DNA of 29,274 bases from Nitrososphaeraceae archaeon (lineage in GTDB: Archaea > Thermoproteota > Nitrososphaeria > Nitrososphaerales > Nitrososphaeraceae), in the NCBI GenBank assembly GCA_035264705.1, contig DATFPS010000166.1, positions 1-29,274 of the forward strand, given 5' to 3'. The translations under genes were made by a program, and so were the position numbers. Shown piece by piece: positions 7,968-16,861 of this stretch (its first letter is position 1; each line of letters starts with the position of its first letter). Below the pieces are notes generated by a model that was given only the letters and a program-made list of their open reading frames with translations, was not told the DNA's origin and made no database searches.

Positions 7968-8402
7968 CTAAATTATGAATGATGCAAGATTGGCAATTCT
8001 TGGCCATTTCTCTGCTGCTTCTGCAGCTACTGGTCCTTTTATATCAGTTCCTTTAATCTCTCCCTCTGGGGTAACAAGAACTGCTGCATTGTCTTCAAAA
8101 GTTACGCGTATCCCATTCAACCGTCTGATCGGGTATTTTTGCCTTACAATTACTGCTCCGAAGATTTGCTTTCGAAGTTCGGAGGGTCCCTTCTTCACCG
8201 TCACTGTAACAAAGTCTCCCACAGCAGCTGCAGGTAATCTAGAATGCCTTCCTTTGTATCGTGTAACTTGTGCAATTCGAAGTACCTTTGCACCAGTATT
8301 GTCGACACAAGCTAACTCAGCGGTTATTGGTAAAGCTTTAGTGATATAGGGACGAAACTCTGCTACTCCTTTTGCTGAAACAGCCCTTGTTTTAGCTGCC
8401 AT
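7968..8402 (-). CDS. rpl14: 50S ribosomal protein uL14
   Basis: CVDNTGAK, AAVGD, FEDNAAV, KGTDIKGPVA-x-EAAEKWPRIA. Confidence 0.97.
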   Translation of the reverse strand: MAAKTRAVSAKGVAEFRPYITKALPITAELACVDNTGAKVLRIAQVTRYKGRHSRLPAAAVGDFVTVTVKKGPSELRKQIFGAVIVRQKYPIRRLNGIRVTFEDNAAVLVTPEGEIKGTDIKGPVAAEAAEKWPRIANLASFII

Positions 8403-8727
8403 TCTTATTGCTCACCTCAATTACAACAAAGGAAACTGTTTTTGATAGATGCCTGCATTCAGCAATTAATACTTCTTCACCCTCTTCGGCATCAATACAC
8501 TCTGGCAAGTATGCATGCATTTTTGACATACTTCTTTCATATCTCTTGTATTTTGAAACTGGACGAGGATATTCTCTTGCTACTACTACCATCTTCTTAG
8601 CTTTAGAGCTAAGTATTGTTCCTGTAAATAATTTTCCTCTCACTGGTAAAGTACCATGAAAGGGGCACAATTTGTCATCGCATGACTTTCTAGGAGCAGT
8701 AACTGAGATTCCAATGTTTCTAACCAT
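8392..8727 (-). CDS. rps17: 30S ribosomal protein uS17
   Basis: CDDKLCPFHGTLPVRGK, KYKRYERS, IAECRHLSKTVSFVV. Confidence 0.97.
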   Translation of the reverse strand: MVRNIGISVTAPRKSCDDKLCPFHGTLPVRGKLFTGTILSSKAKKMVVVAREYPRPVSKYKRYERSMSKMHAYLPECIDAEEGEEVLIAECRHLSKTVSFVVIEVSNKNGS

Positions 8728-9007
8728 ATTTTTTCAACTCAAATATTTGGGATACGCGATCCTCAGGTCTTTCAATCAATGAGAAACCATTTATAAAGCA
8801 ATCGCCACCCAATAGTAAAATTCTCGCTTTTTTAATTATTGTCTTTGGTACTCCCTTGATTCCAAAAATAGTTTTAAGTAAAATCATATTCTTTGTTTCA
8901 AATACTATTTTGCCGTACAACTTAGAAGGTGTAAGATTATCTTTCTTAGTTATTTCCACATCTAGTCCAATTAATTCATGGGCTAAAATGTTTTCTGCGC
9001 TAATCAT
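8720..9007 (-). CDS. rnp1: Ribonuclease P protein component 1 (Rpp29/Pop4)
   Basis: NILAHELIGL, G-x-IVFETKNM, RPEDR. Canonical position between L29 and S17. Start probably ATG 9007 rather than 9028. Confidence 0.88.
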   Translation of the reverse strand: MISAENILAHELIGLDVEITKKDNLTPSKLYGKIVFETKNMILLKTIFGIKGVPKTIIKKARILLLGGDCFINGFSLIERPEDRVSQIFELKKYG

Positions 9008-9212
9008 GTCTATTCTCCTTTCCTTCATTTAGCAGCGTCATTATACGAGCGATGTCCCTGCGCACCCATCGTATATCTCCGGTTCGTTTTTTGAGAGTTC
9101 CTTTTGCACCTTCGGATCTAAGTTTAGCAAGATCAGCCTTTAAGTCAGATAATTTATCCGATAAGTCACTATCGTTCATCTCACGGAGAGTTTTTAATTT
9201 AACTCTGGCCAT
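9000..9212 (-). CDS. rpl29: 50S ribosomal protein uL29
   Basis: LREMN-x2-DL-x2-KL-x-DLK-x-DL-x-KLR...IR-x2-RRDIARI-x-T-x-LNE. Confidence 0.95.
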   Translation of the reverse strand: MARVKLKTLREMNDSDLSDKLSDLKADLAKLRSEGAKGTLKKRTGDIRWVRRDIARIMTLLNEGKENRHD

Positions 9213-9948
9213 TTGTATTCCCGCTATTCACTACTGCTTCCTGATCTTGTGTTGAAGAAGCCATTGCTGTTGGAGCGTCGATTGTATGTTTTGACAGTGA
9301 TGAATCAGCAGGAATTGGCTCCGGGGATTCTATGTCTTTTTGTTTAGTATTTGTTGACATATCAGATAATTCGAATTCTTGTGGGACTTCATTTTTTAGT
9401 GCAATTCTCAACTGTATTCCCATTAGTCCCATTTTTGTTAAGACATGACTAACTCCAACCTTCACAACCCTCTCAGCAACATCTCCACTCTTTGGAATTA
9501 TGCCTGCAGAGTGTTTTTCAAAATGAGCGCGCTCGCTCCTTAGTTTACCTGCCACCGATACCTCTACCCCTAAGGCACCAGAATTCATAATGGTGTTAAT
9601 AGTCCAAAGGGAGGCTCGTCTGAAAGCAGTACCCCGCTCAATTAATTGAGCAATTCTGTTGCTCATTATTTTTGGGTTCAGTTCAGGAACGGGTACTTCT
9701 AAAACAGAAATCTGAGGATTTGTCAAGCCAAAATTCTGTTCAAGTCTGGCGGTTAGATCCTTAATACCCGTGCCTTTTCTACCAATCACTAGACCAGGCC
9801 TTGTAACATAAAGTGTTAGTCTAGTTCCGATTGGAGTCTTTTGTACATCTACTCCACCAAACCCTGCATCTTTTAAGCTTTCAGCAAGATATTCATTGAG
9901 TTCCATATTTCTATAATTATTTTTCATTACATTCTTTACAGCGCTCAT
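9199..9948 (-). CDS. rps3: 30S ribosomal protein uS3
   Basis: KH domain RPGLVIGRKG, AFRRA, GKLRSERA, GIIPKSG. Low-complexity C-terminal tail. Confidence 0.97.
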   Translation of the reverse strand: MSAVKNVMKNNYRNMELNEYLAESLKDAGFGGVDVQKTPIGTRLTLYVTRPGLVIGRKGTGIKDLTARLEQNFGLTNPQISVLEVPVPELNPKIMSNRIAQLIERGTAFRRASLWTINTIMNSGALGVEVSVAGKLRSERAHFEKHSAGIIPKSGDVAERVVKVGVSHVLTKMGLMGIQLRIALKNEVPQEFELSDMSTNTKQKDIESPEPIPADSSLSKHTIDAPTAMASSTQDQEAVVNSGNTNGQS

Positions 9949-10421
9949 TATATCGACCTACCCTCCTGCGCGACTAATTCAACATGAATCAAATTGTCAA
10001 ACTTTGGGCTTGCTCTTCCCATGGCACGGGGTGTAAACCGTTCAAGTCTTGTTCCTTTATGAACGACTGCACTAATAATCCTTAGTCTATCTAGGTCCAT
10101 ACCCTTATACTCCGCATTTGTTTCTAAATTATCAAGAAGTTTTAAAAATTCTTTTGCTGCTTTTTGTGGGAACCTACCTGCGAAAAAACCATCACGAACA
10201 TTTGAACGATGCGCGACTTCATTGTTATATCTTCTATATGGAACTGCAACTTTTTTTGCAATAACATCATTCAAAAAATCTCTTGCCTTTTCGATTGACA
10301 TTCCCTTTATTGCAACAGCAACTTCACGTGAATGCTTATGAGAAATATCTTTTTCTCTGATTGCAGCTCTTACATGTTTTGTTTTATCAAAATCTTGAAA
10401 GGCATAGGAGTAATTTGGCAT
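9948..10421 (-). CDS. rpl22: 50S ribosomal protein uL22
   Basis: ISHKHSREV, VPYRRYN, GRFPQKAA, PRAMGRASP. Confidence 0.97.
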   Translation of the reverse strand: MPNYSYAFQDFDKTKHVRAAIREKDISHKHSREVAVAIKGMSIEKARDFLNDVIAKKVAVPYRRYNNEVAHRSNVRDGFFAGRFPQKAAKEFLKLLDNLETNAEYKGMDLDRLRIISAVVHKGTRLERFTPRAMGRASPKFDNLIHVELVAQEGRSI

Positions 10422-10428
10422 AATTCTA

Positions 10429-10836
10429 TCACTTTAGTGGAACATACAAACTGGATCTCGATGATCCTACACCAGGACTTCCATGCTGGACTCTTTTATT
10501 TGTGATGGCGTATTCACCTAGATAATGTCCTGTCATCTCTGGCCTTATATGAACAGAAGTAAATTCCTTCCCATTATATACGCTGATAGAAAGACCAATC
10601 ATATCAGGAAGGATTATCATGTCTCTAACATGAGTTTTTAATTGACTTTTAAGCTTACCTTCTCGAAGGAGTTTTATTTCCTCACGCAATTTACGTTTTC
10701 CATCATCCATATACTTACCAACTCTCTTGTCTAGAGACCTACGCTGCCTAGAATTCAATAGCGGTAAAAGAGATTCCACGGATAATAATTGTAATTGCTC
10801 AGGCGAGTAACCCCTGAATTTAAATTCACGCACCAA
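10429..10836 (-). CDS. rps19: 30S ribosomal protein uS19
   Basis: FKFRG, KTHVRDMIILP, GHYLGEYAIT, HGSPGVGSSRSSLYVPLK. Confidence 0.97.
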   Translation of the reverse strand: MVREFKFRGYSPEQLQLLSVESLLPLLNSRQRRSLDKRVGKYMDDGKRKLREEIKLLREGKLKSQLKTHVRDMIILPDMIGLSISVYNGKEFTSVHIRPEMTGHYLGEYAITNKRVQHGSPGVGSSRSSLYVPLK

Positions 10837-10901
10837 TTATATCAATTACACCATCACATAATACTACTTTTAAATCTAACGAGAAGTAATGACAGCCTTT
10901 C

Positions 10902-11195
10902 TTATACCAGACCCATCTTCGTTGCAAGATCTCGAGCACCCTCACGAGCCTTAATTTTTATAAACGCCTTTTTGCCTTGTATTGTTCTAACAGTATTCAC
11001 TTCACTTGCTTCCGATTCATACAAAATTTGTAACGCTTTTACTATTTGATTTTTGTTGGCTTTTTCCGTTACTATAAAAGTTAATTTATTCTCCTTTTCG
11101 ATCAAGTTGAATGTTTTTTCTGTAATATAGGGTTTAATGATAATTGAGCTCGCTTTCTCTACGGTCATAGATCGGTCTTCTTGTTTGGTATTCAT
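10902..11195 (-). CDS. rpl23: 50S ribosomal protein uL23
   Basis: IIKPYITEK, ENKLTFIV, KKAFIK, DLATKMGLV. The ATG overlaps the rpl4 stop (ATGA). Confidence 0.96.
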   Translation of the reverse strand: MNTKQEDRSMTVEKASSIIIKPYITEKTFNLIEKENKLTFIVTEKANKNQIVKALQILYESEASEVNTVRTIQGKKAFIKIKAREGARDLATKMGLV

Positions 11196-12010
11196 TTGCC
11201 TATCATCATCTCCATAACTTTGAGAATCGGTGCTTTAACATCTTTTAATTTTTCAATGGCGTTCTGAGAATATATTGTCAATCTGATTGGTTTTGCGCCT
11301 GGCGCAAGATCTAAGACGCTCAATCTTTGTACGGATTTAACTTCAACTCCTGGAATTGACCCAGAGAGCCTTCCTAAATTCTCATCATTTTCAACAACTA
11401 TCAAGGCACTAATCCCTGACCGAGCCCTTCTGCCTCTTCTTCTTGAAGTACCCGTGCGGGCTTTATGTGATGATTGTGCTCTAGTCAAGTCCTCTTCTAA
11501 TCCTAAATCTACAAGGATCTTTCGCAAATCTTTTGTCTTTGAAATAGATTCTATATCATTAGAAACAACAATCGGAAATTGCGAAAGTTTACCAATTTTG
11601 TGGCCCCGCTTGATAATCAGATCTTTTTGACCTGTCGCTGCAATAGCAGAACAGAGACCTAGTTGCTTTTCTTTTTTATTAATTTTCTTGTAAATCTTCT
11701 TCCAAGATTCAGGAGGATGTGCGACCCTACCATGCCGGACGCCTGCAACTCCTGCAGCCTGTCCTGCTCTCGGAAAGCCTTCGCCGCGGGCTCTTGCAAG
11801 TCTTGCAATACCGAGGCCTGTATTACGTGATTCTGCACTTACTATCTCGCCTGCAGCAGGATAACGACCTTGTCTTTGATATGTATGAGATAGCAAATTT
11901 ACGTATACTTTGTGAATTACTTCAGGTCTATAGGGTGTTTCAAATATTTCAGGTAACGCTATACTATTAGATTCTCTGCCGTCCATTTCCAAAATTGTGT
12001 TTGATTTCAA
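11192..12010 (-). CDS. rpl4: 50S ribosomal protein uL4
   Basis: SAES-x-NTG-x-GIARLAR, GRVAHPP, KKINKKEK, LAPGAKP-x-RLTI. Confidence 0.97.
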   Translation of the reverse strand: MKSNTILEMDGRESNSIALPEIFETPYRPEVIHKVYVNLLSHTYQRQGRYPAAGEIVSAESRNTGLGIARLARARGEGFPRAGQAAGVAGVRHGRVAHPPESWKKIYKKINKKEKQLGLCSAIAATGQKDLIIKRGHKIGKLSQFPIVVSNDIESISKTKDLRKILVDLGLEEDLTRAQSSHKARTGTSRRRGRRARSGISALIVVENDENLGRLSGSIPGVEVKSVQRLSVLDLAPGAKPIRLTIYSQNAIEKLKDVKAPILKVMEMMIGK

Positions 12011-13005
12011 TGTGCAACAACCTCAACAATTTTCGGTTCTATTACTTTTTTCTGAGCATTACGTATAGGATGTCGCATTTTAATAAGCCTCTTGGGCACA
12101 CCGGGAATGGACCCTCTTACTACCATATATTCACCTTTAACTATTCCAAAATGCTTGAAACCGCCAGGTGGGTTTATTGAATTTTCTCCGTCTTTATCAG
12201 TATTAGATAACATCAAGATTCGTTTGTTATATTCTGTTCGTTGATGAAATCCTCTCTGTCCCTGTCTTGCAACAGTATACATTACTACTGCAGGGGATAT
12301 AGGTCCTAATGTTCCTACCGCACGGACACTCTTTCTTGATTTATGCTGTTTTCGCTTTACACCAAACCTTGTAACCGGGCCTTCTATACCTTTTCCTCTC
12401 GTAATTCCAAAGACATCAATATATTGCCCCGCTTGGAAAACGTCGCTAGCATGAATGTCCTTGCCTAAAAGACTCTTTAAATAGTCATATTGCGCTTGAA
12501 CATTGTTACCAGAAACAGCTATTTCAAATACAAATGGTTTCTTCTGAGACATATTTATTTTTCTTGGAGTAACTGCAACTACTGCCATTATAGAATTTGC
12601 TTTCTCTAGAAGAGATCGAGATTTAGCTATTGCCTCTTCATTATAGTTTGCATCAAATTTGCGCGAAAGCTCCTTTGGTAGATCTTTTGCATATACGTCA
12701 AATACTGCATGTTTTCCGTAGGCATTTAGACTATAACCACGAATGCCAATCACTTTTATTGGTGGAGTAACAATAACTGTTGAAACATTCAGAAGTTGTT
12801 TTCCAAAATTTGGGGTTCTTTCACGATCATCAATAGTTAAGATATGTAATCCTCCTGCTTTAAAACCTGCAAAGCCTAACAAAGATGTCTTTTCCATTGA
12901 AGACTCTGGCCATGTTCTTACGCGAGCCTCCAAACTCTTGGCTCTGGCTCTTGGTCTAAATGCAATGCTACCTCGCCGAGGCGCGCTATATTTACGATGA
13001 CCCAT
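12007..13005 (-). CDS. rpl3: 50S ribosomal protein uL3
   Basis: MGHRKYSAPRRGS, GFAGFKAG, GITRGKG-x-EGPV-x-RFG, GQRGFHQRTEYNKRI, GSIPG. Confidence 0.98.
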   Translation of the reverse strand: MGHRKYSAPRRGSIAFRPRARAKSLEARVRTWPESSMEKTSLLGFAGFKAGGLHILTIDDRERTPNFGKQLLNVSTVIVTPPIKVIGIRGYSLNAYGKHAVFDVYAKDLPKELSRKFDANYNEEAIAKSRSLLEKANSIMAVVAVTPRKINMSQKKPFVFEIAVSGNNVQAQYDYLKSLLGKDIHASDVFQAGQYIDVFGITRGKGIEGPVTRFGVKRKQHKSRKSVRAVGTLGPISPAVVMYTVARQGQRGFHQRTEYNKRILMLSNTDKDGENSINPPGGFKHFGIVKGEYMVVRGSIPGVPKRLIKMRHPIRNAQKKVIEPKIVEVVAH

Positions 13006-13016
13006 AGATAAACTAA

Positions 13017-13046
13017 CACCTCAAAATCCCTTTAATAAATTTATAA
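13017..13046 (-). promoter_or_regulatory. rpl3 operon promoter (TATA) and Shine-Dalgarno
   Basis: Minus strand TTATAAATTTATTAAAG about 30 nt before the ATG. TGAGGTG (SD) at 13023-13017. Confidence 0.6.
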
Positions 13047-13070
13047 CCAAAATTTCGATTAGACTAGAGA

Positions 13071-13735
13071 TTCTGTTCTATGAGTTAAGTATCTCCATAA
13101 ATGGTATCGCAAAATGAAGACTTGAAAGTAGCCAATTTATGATTATGACATACATAAGCTCGCAATTATGTTTTTGAATGTAAAATAGTCATTATGAAAA
13201 CATCGTATTTTCTATCTTTTAAGTATATACTGCATTGTTCTCCCGTTACAATGCTTTTACCTTATCTGAGGAATCAAAATGATGATGATGTTTTATATTT
13301 TCAAGAATTTGCAGGCTTCAGACATACACATCCCACTGCGTCTGTAGCAAATATAAGCCGCATTTTTTCCATAACTTCTAACTAATGACTGTATAATAAA
13401 CTAGTCTGTTACAACCATATTTCTTTATATAGAAACGAATACCAAGAAGAATTACTTTATCTGTTAGCTCAACAGCAAAACCCGTCATAACACCATAGAT
13501 ACATATATACTCATTACTTAATTTACTGAGTTTGATCTTTTATGAAGATACTTCCACTCTCTTTGAAAAGGCATCGTCTTTTTAGCTTTTATCGCTAAAT
13601 CCTGTATCAAATAGAAACACAATTTCTCATTAAAGCAATAGAAGGGTTTTGAGATACTACTTTCGAAGAGATGCCACGAAAAGTATATTGAAATGCACAA
13701 TAAATATAGACTTGGAAGAATTTCTTCTGCTTTCT
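13071..13735 (-). pseudogene. Decayed IS6-family DDE transposase (relic 1)
   Basis: Stop- and frameshift-riddled translation keeps the ordered IS6 motifs: YFS(G)IS, RNCVSI*, FIKDQT (DET), AVELTDKVIL, RNMVV, QSLVRSYGK, ATD, EACKFLKI-KHH, RTMQYI, CF-x2-DYF, NWL. An IR-like end TTCTGTTCTATGAGTTAAG lies at ~13071-13089. Confidence 0.75.
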
Positions 13736-14436
13736 TTTGATCTGATGATTAGAAAGAAAAGTGGAGAGCATCTTAAGTTATAAATTATTGTGATTGACTA
13801 TAGCTGCCCTTAATGAACATTATCATAGTTATTATGTATTCGTTCACCTATTCAATCACAAGATGGAATATACTTCCTTACTATTCGAGGATTTTATTAT
13901 ATATATAATTGATCTATAACTCTGAGTATGACTAGTTTTCGAATTTCCGTTTCTGTTATTGGTAACACTCTGGTTAGATAAGCTCTTTGGCAAATAACTC
14001 TATATTAATCTATTATAACTCCAAAAAAAGAGTGCCTGAACAAGTTCCGAACATGGTATCTATTATTCATGAACTTATGTTATTATGTGGCTACACTAAA
14101 ACTACCAGAACTTATAATTTTGTTTTTTTTGCTTTCTTCACATTTTTGTGCGCTAATTCATTAGCTTTGTTATATATATCTGTCATTCAATGTGTTCTAC
14201 TGGTTTTACTTGCATATTTTTCATTTCCCTATGGAATTAACAAGATCATAACTTTAATCATCGTCAAAAACTTTTGGGTAAAGTCTTTATGCATTGTATA
14301 TCTCTTCTGTTAATTCTTCTCCCTAAAGGTGAATTATAAATAATGCCGTTTATTCAGTATACAGTATCTCTATCTGACAGTATTTATAATGTTACCCCAT
14401 AATCAATAGATCTTTGAAAGCAATGAAAATGTTCAG

Positions 14437-15288
14437 TTATTTGGTCAGAACATGATTTAATATGGCTAAAGTTCCATATAAAGCCTCTTCTAACCTAACT
14501 GTTGCTGTTCCTTGAAAAGGAAACATATTTACCACAAAGTCATAGTAACTGATGTTAGATCCTTCATTTGTCAATATTTCGTCAACTCCTTTTTTTGGAG
14601 ATCCAAAAACCACTAATAGGTTCCTGTTATATTCCATTCGCTCCAGAAGTTTGTCTTCTTTCATTTTGAAAAATTCACCTTGCCTATAAGTAATAAGGAT
14701 TTCTGTGTTTTGAGCTGTGTTCAAGAGCTTAGCAAGATTTGAAATAACTTTTACATTATAGCCCCAATAAGTTTTGCCAAATTGTTCTTCCGTCGCTTCT
14801 CTAGTCTGTAAGTTCGGATATGGCGATGTAAACAATACATTAACTTTTTTTCCTTTGAAACCTGATCCTCCGAAAGGGACGAGTGAACCTAGACCTACAT
14901 CAACATATGATTTTCCCTTGTCTTTAACTATTACACCAACCCGGACATCTCCAATTTTGATATTCTTAATATCTTCTCGATCCTTGTGATGAGGTGACTT
15001 TATTGGATGAAGAATTCCTGCATATTCCAATATTTCCATTCGAGGATACAAAAGTTTCCTCAGATATTGAGGTGTGTCGAGATAACCTAAGATCGTCTTT
15101 AATAAATTAAGATCATTTTTTTCATCTTTGAATGACATATCGTGGTAAATGTATATTGTTTTAACCCTGAAGATTGAACAGGCCCTTGCGATTTGAGAGA
15201 TCTTGATGCTTTTGTCACGCTTTGTCTGTTCATCCAACAGAGAAGAGTCAGGAATTGCAATGTACAGATTATATGACTTTGTCATCAT
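14437..15288 (-). CDS. SPOUT-family RNA methyltransferase (DUF171/C9orf114-like)
   Basis: IAIPDSSL, IARACSIFRV, YLDTPQYLRK, LLVVFGSP-x-KG, PFQGTATVRLEEA. This family normally precedes rpl3 in archaea. Confidence 0.92.
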   Translation of the reverse strand: MMTKSYNLYIAIPDSSLLDEQTKRDKSIKISQIARACSIFRVKTIYIYHDMSFKDEKNDLNLLKTILGYLDTPQYLRKLLYPRMEILEYAGILHPIKSPHHKDREDIKNIKIGDVRVGVIVKDKGKSYVDVGLGSLVPFGGSGFKGKKVNVLFTSPYPNLQTREATEEQFGKTYWGYNVKVISNLAKLLNTAQNTEILITYRQGEFFKMKEDKLLERMEYNRNLLVVFGSPKKGVDEILTNEGSNISYYDFVVNMFPFQGTATVRLEEALYGTLAILNHVLTK

Positions 15289-15952
15289 TCTGTTCTTTTA
15301 CCAAGTCTTTGATCTTGTCATCAAGGGATGCGTTTGCTCCGAAATTGATTTGACGTACTATGCCATTTTTGTCTATTAATATGGAGGATGGGGTACCGCG
15401 TAAGCCATATTCTTCGAATGTTTCGGCTGAATATTGTTTACCTTCAAGGTATTGTCTCACTCTATTAATTAGAAGTAATTTATCTGAATCAGAATAAGAC
15501 CCAAAATCAGTAACATTCCTTTCAATAAAATCCATGACTGTTCCTTCAGTTAAAACATTAGATTCTTTTTTTAGAGAATCCATTGCTATAGGAAATGGTA
15601 TCTTGTAAGGTAATTTGTTTCCTTCAATAAGTTGACCATATTGGCTGAGTGCATTTCGTGTTTCTCCAATTACTTCTCCGGTCAAAAGCAACAACTTTAA
15701 ATTGTCAAGTGTATTTTTATCAAAATCTTCGAATGCGGTTGCAATACCAAGTACAGTGACGTTTCTGTTGTTATACTTTCTATAAATCTCTATTGCATCT
15801 GGTATGCCATATATAAAACAACCAGGACAATTTACCTGGAATATTTCAACCAGAATCACATTATTAATCTCTTTGTCAATATTGGTTGGCTTGCCCTGAA
15901 CCCATTCCGATACCTTTAGATTTGGTGCTTTATTGCCAATCCTGACAACCAT
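15269..15952 (-). CDS. Thioredoxin-fold redoxin (TlpA/AhpC-TSA-like) with a CPGC motif
   Basis: G-x-KAP-x-L-x-VSEWVQG, VEIFQVNCPGC, YGLRGTPSSILIDK-x-G-x-VR. Confidence 0.85.
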   Translation of the reverse strand: MVVRIGNKAPNLKVSEWVQGKPTNIDKEINNVILVEIFQVNCPGCFIYGIPDAIEIYRKYNNRNVTVLGIATAFEDFDKNTLDNLKLLLLTGEVIGETRNALSQYGQLIEGNKLPYKIPFPIAMDSLKKESNVLTEGTVMDFIERNVTDFGSYSDSDKLLLINRVRQYLEGKQYSAETFEEYGLRGTPSSILIDKNGIVRQINFGANASLDDKIKDLVKEQNDDKVI

Positions 15953-16023
15953 AAATAAAAAAAATGGCTAATCATTATTTAAACCAATGCTACACAGATA
16001 TTTTCTTAAAATTCAAGGAAAAA

Positions 16024-16764
16024 TTATGGAGATGTTCTTTTATCTGCTCCTTCTTTAACGATTGATGCATACCTGTCTATTTCATCTTCTTCTACCTTTC
16101 GCATTATTTTAGTATTATTATCGATAATCGCCATTTTCACGTGCCTTGTGCCAGTTTTATCTTCACTTACAAGATATATTGACTCTATTGCTAGTGCACC
16201 AGCCTCTTCCATGGCTATATTATTTTTATAACCCTTCTCTAAGAATTCAGTGACCTGATCGCTTCCTGCACCTATAGCCACGGCGTCATATCCTATGTAA
16301 GTACCGCTTGGATCAGTTAGATAAAGAGAGGCTCCATTTTTATCAACACCTGCAAGAATCAAGGCAACACCAAAGGGTCTAACACCTGCGTATTGAGTAA
16401 ATTGCTGAGCCATATCTGCGATATTTTTTGCTACTCCCTCCACATCTACTGGCTCATCATAGATTAGTCGATTACTCTGTGCAAAAAATCTTGCATGGTC
16501 AACCTGTGTTCTAGCATCAGGAATATATCCTGCTGCGGCGACTCCAATATGATCATCGACTTGGAAAATTTTTTGTGTAACATTTGATATCTGCAACTTT
16601 CTAGCTTTTTCTTCAACTGCTAGAATAACGCCATCTCTACTTTTTATTCCAATAGCTAATGTCCCTCTTCTGACGGTTTCAATGGCATATTCAACCTGAT
16701 ACAATCTCCCGTCAGGTGAGATAACAGTAATAGCTCGGTCATATCCTGCTGCTGCTGGTAACAA
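16024..16764 (-). CDS. psmA: Proteasome subunit alpha
   Basis: GYDRAIT-x2-SPDGRLYQVEYA, GTLAIGI, KIFQVDDHIG, RPFGVAL, TDPSG, AIGAG. Confidence 0.98.
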   Translation of the reverse strand: MLPAAAGYDRAITVISPDGRLYQVEYAIETVRRGTLAIGIKSRDGVILAVEEKARKLQISNVTQKIFQVDDHIGVAAAGYIPDARTQVDHARFFAQSNRLIYDEPVDVEGVAKNIADMAQQFTQYAGVRPFGVALILAGVDKNGASLYLTDPSGTYIGYDAVAIGAGSDQVTEFLEKGYKNNIAMEEAGALAIESIYLVSEDKTGTRHVKMAIIDNNTKIMRKVEEDEIDRYASIVKEGADKRTSP

Positions 16765-16861
16765 TTCATTTTTAACTACTTTGTAATGTTTAATTTAAAT
16801 TTACCTTATGGTTTTTTTGCCGATAGGTTTAATTCTAGCAACCAAGGGATAGCCAATTGCT

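Noticed and set aside
6169-12935. Many plus-strand ORFs across the ribosomal operon (e.g. 6499..6798, 7975..8349, 11719..11970)
   Set aside because: Antisense to highly conserved ribosomal protein genes, with no independent coding signal.
13194-13700. ORFs 13194..13385 (+) and 13518..13700 (-) as real small proteins
   Set aside because: They are off-frame or antisense pieces of the decayed IS6 transposase.
13987-14313. 108-aa hydrophobic plus-strand ORF as a membrane protein
   Set aside because: The hydrophobicity is explained by T-rich low-complexity DNA, it has a TTG start without a clear promoter or SD, and no motif. It cannot be fully excluded.
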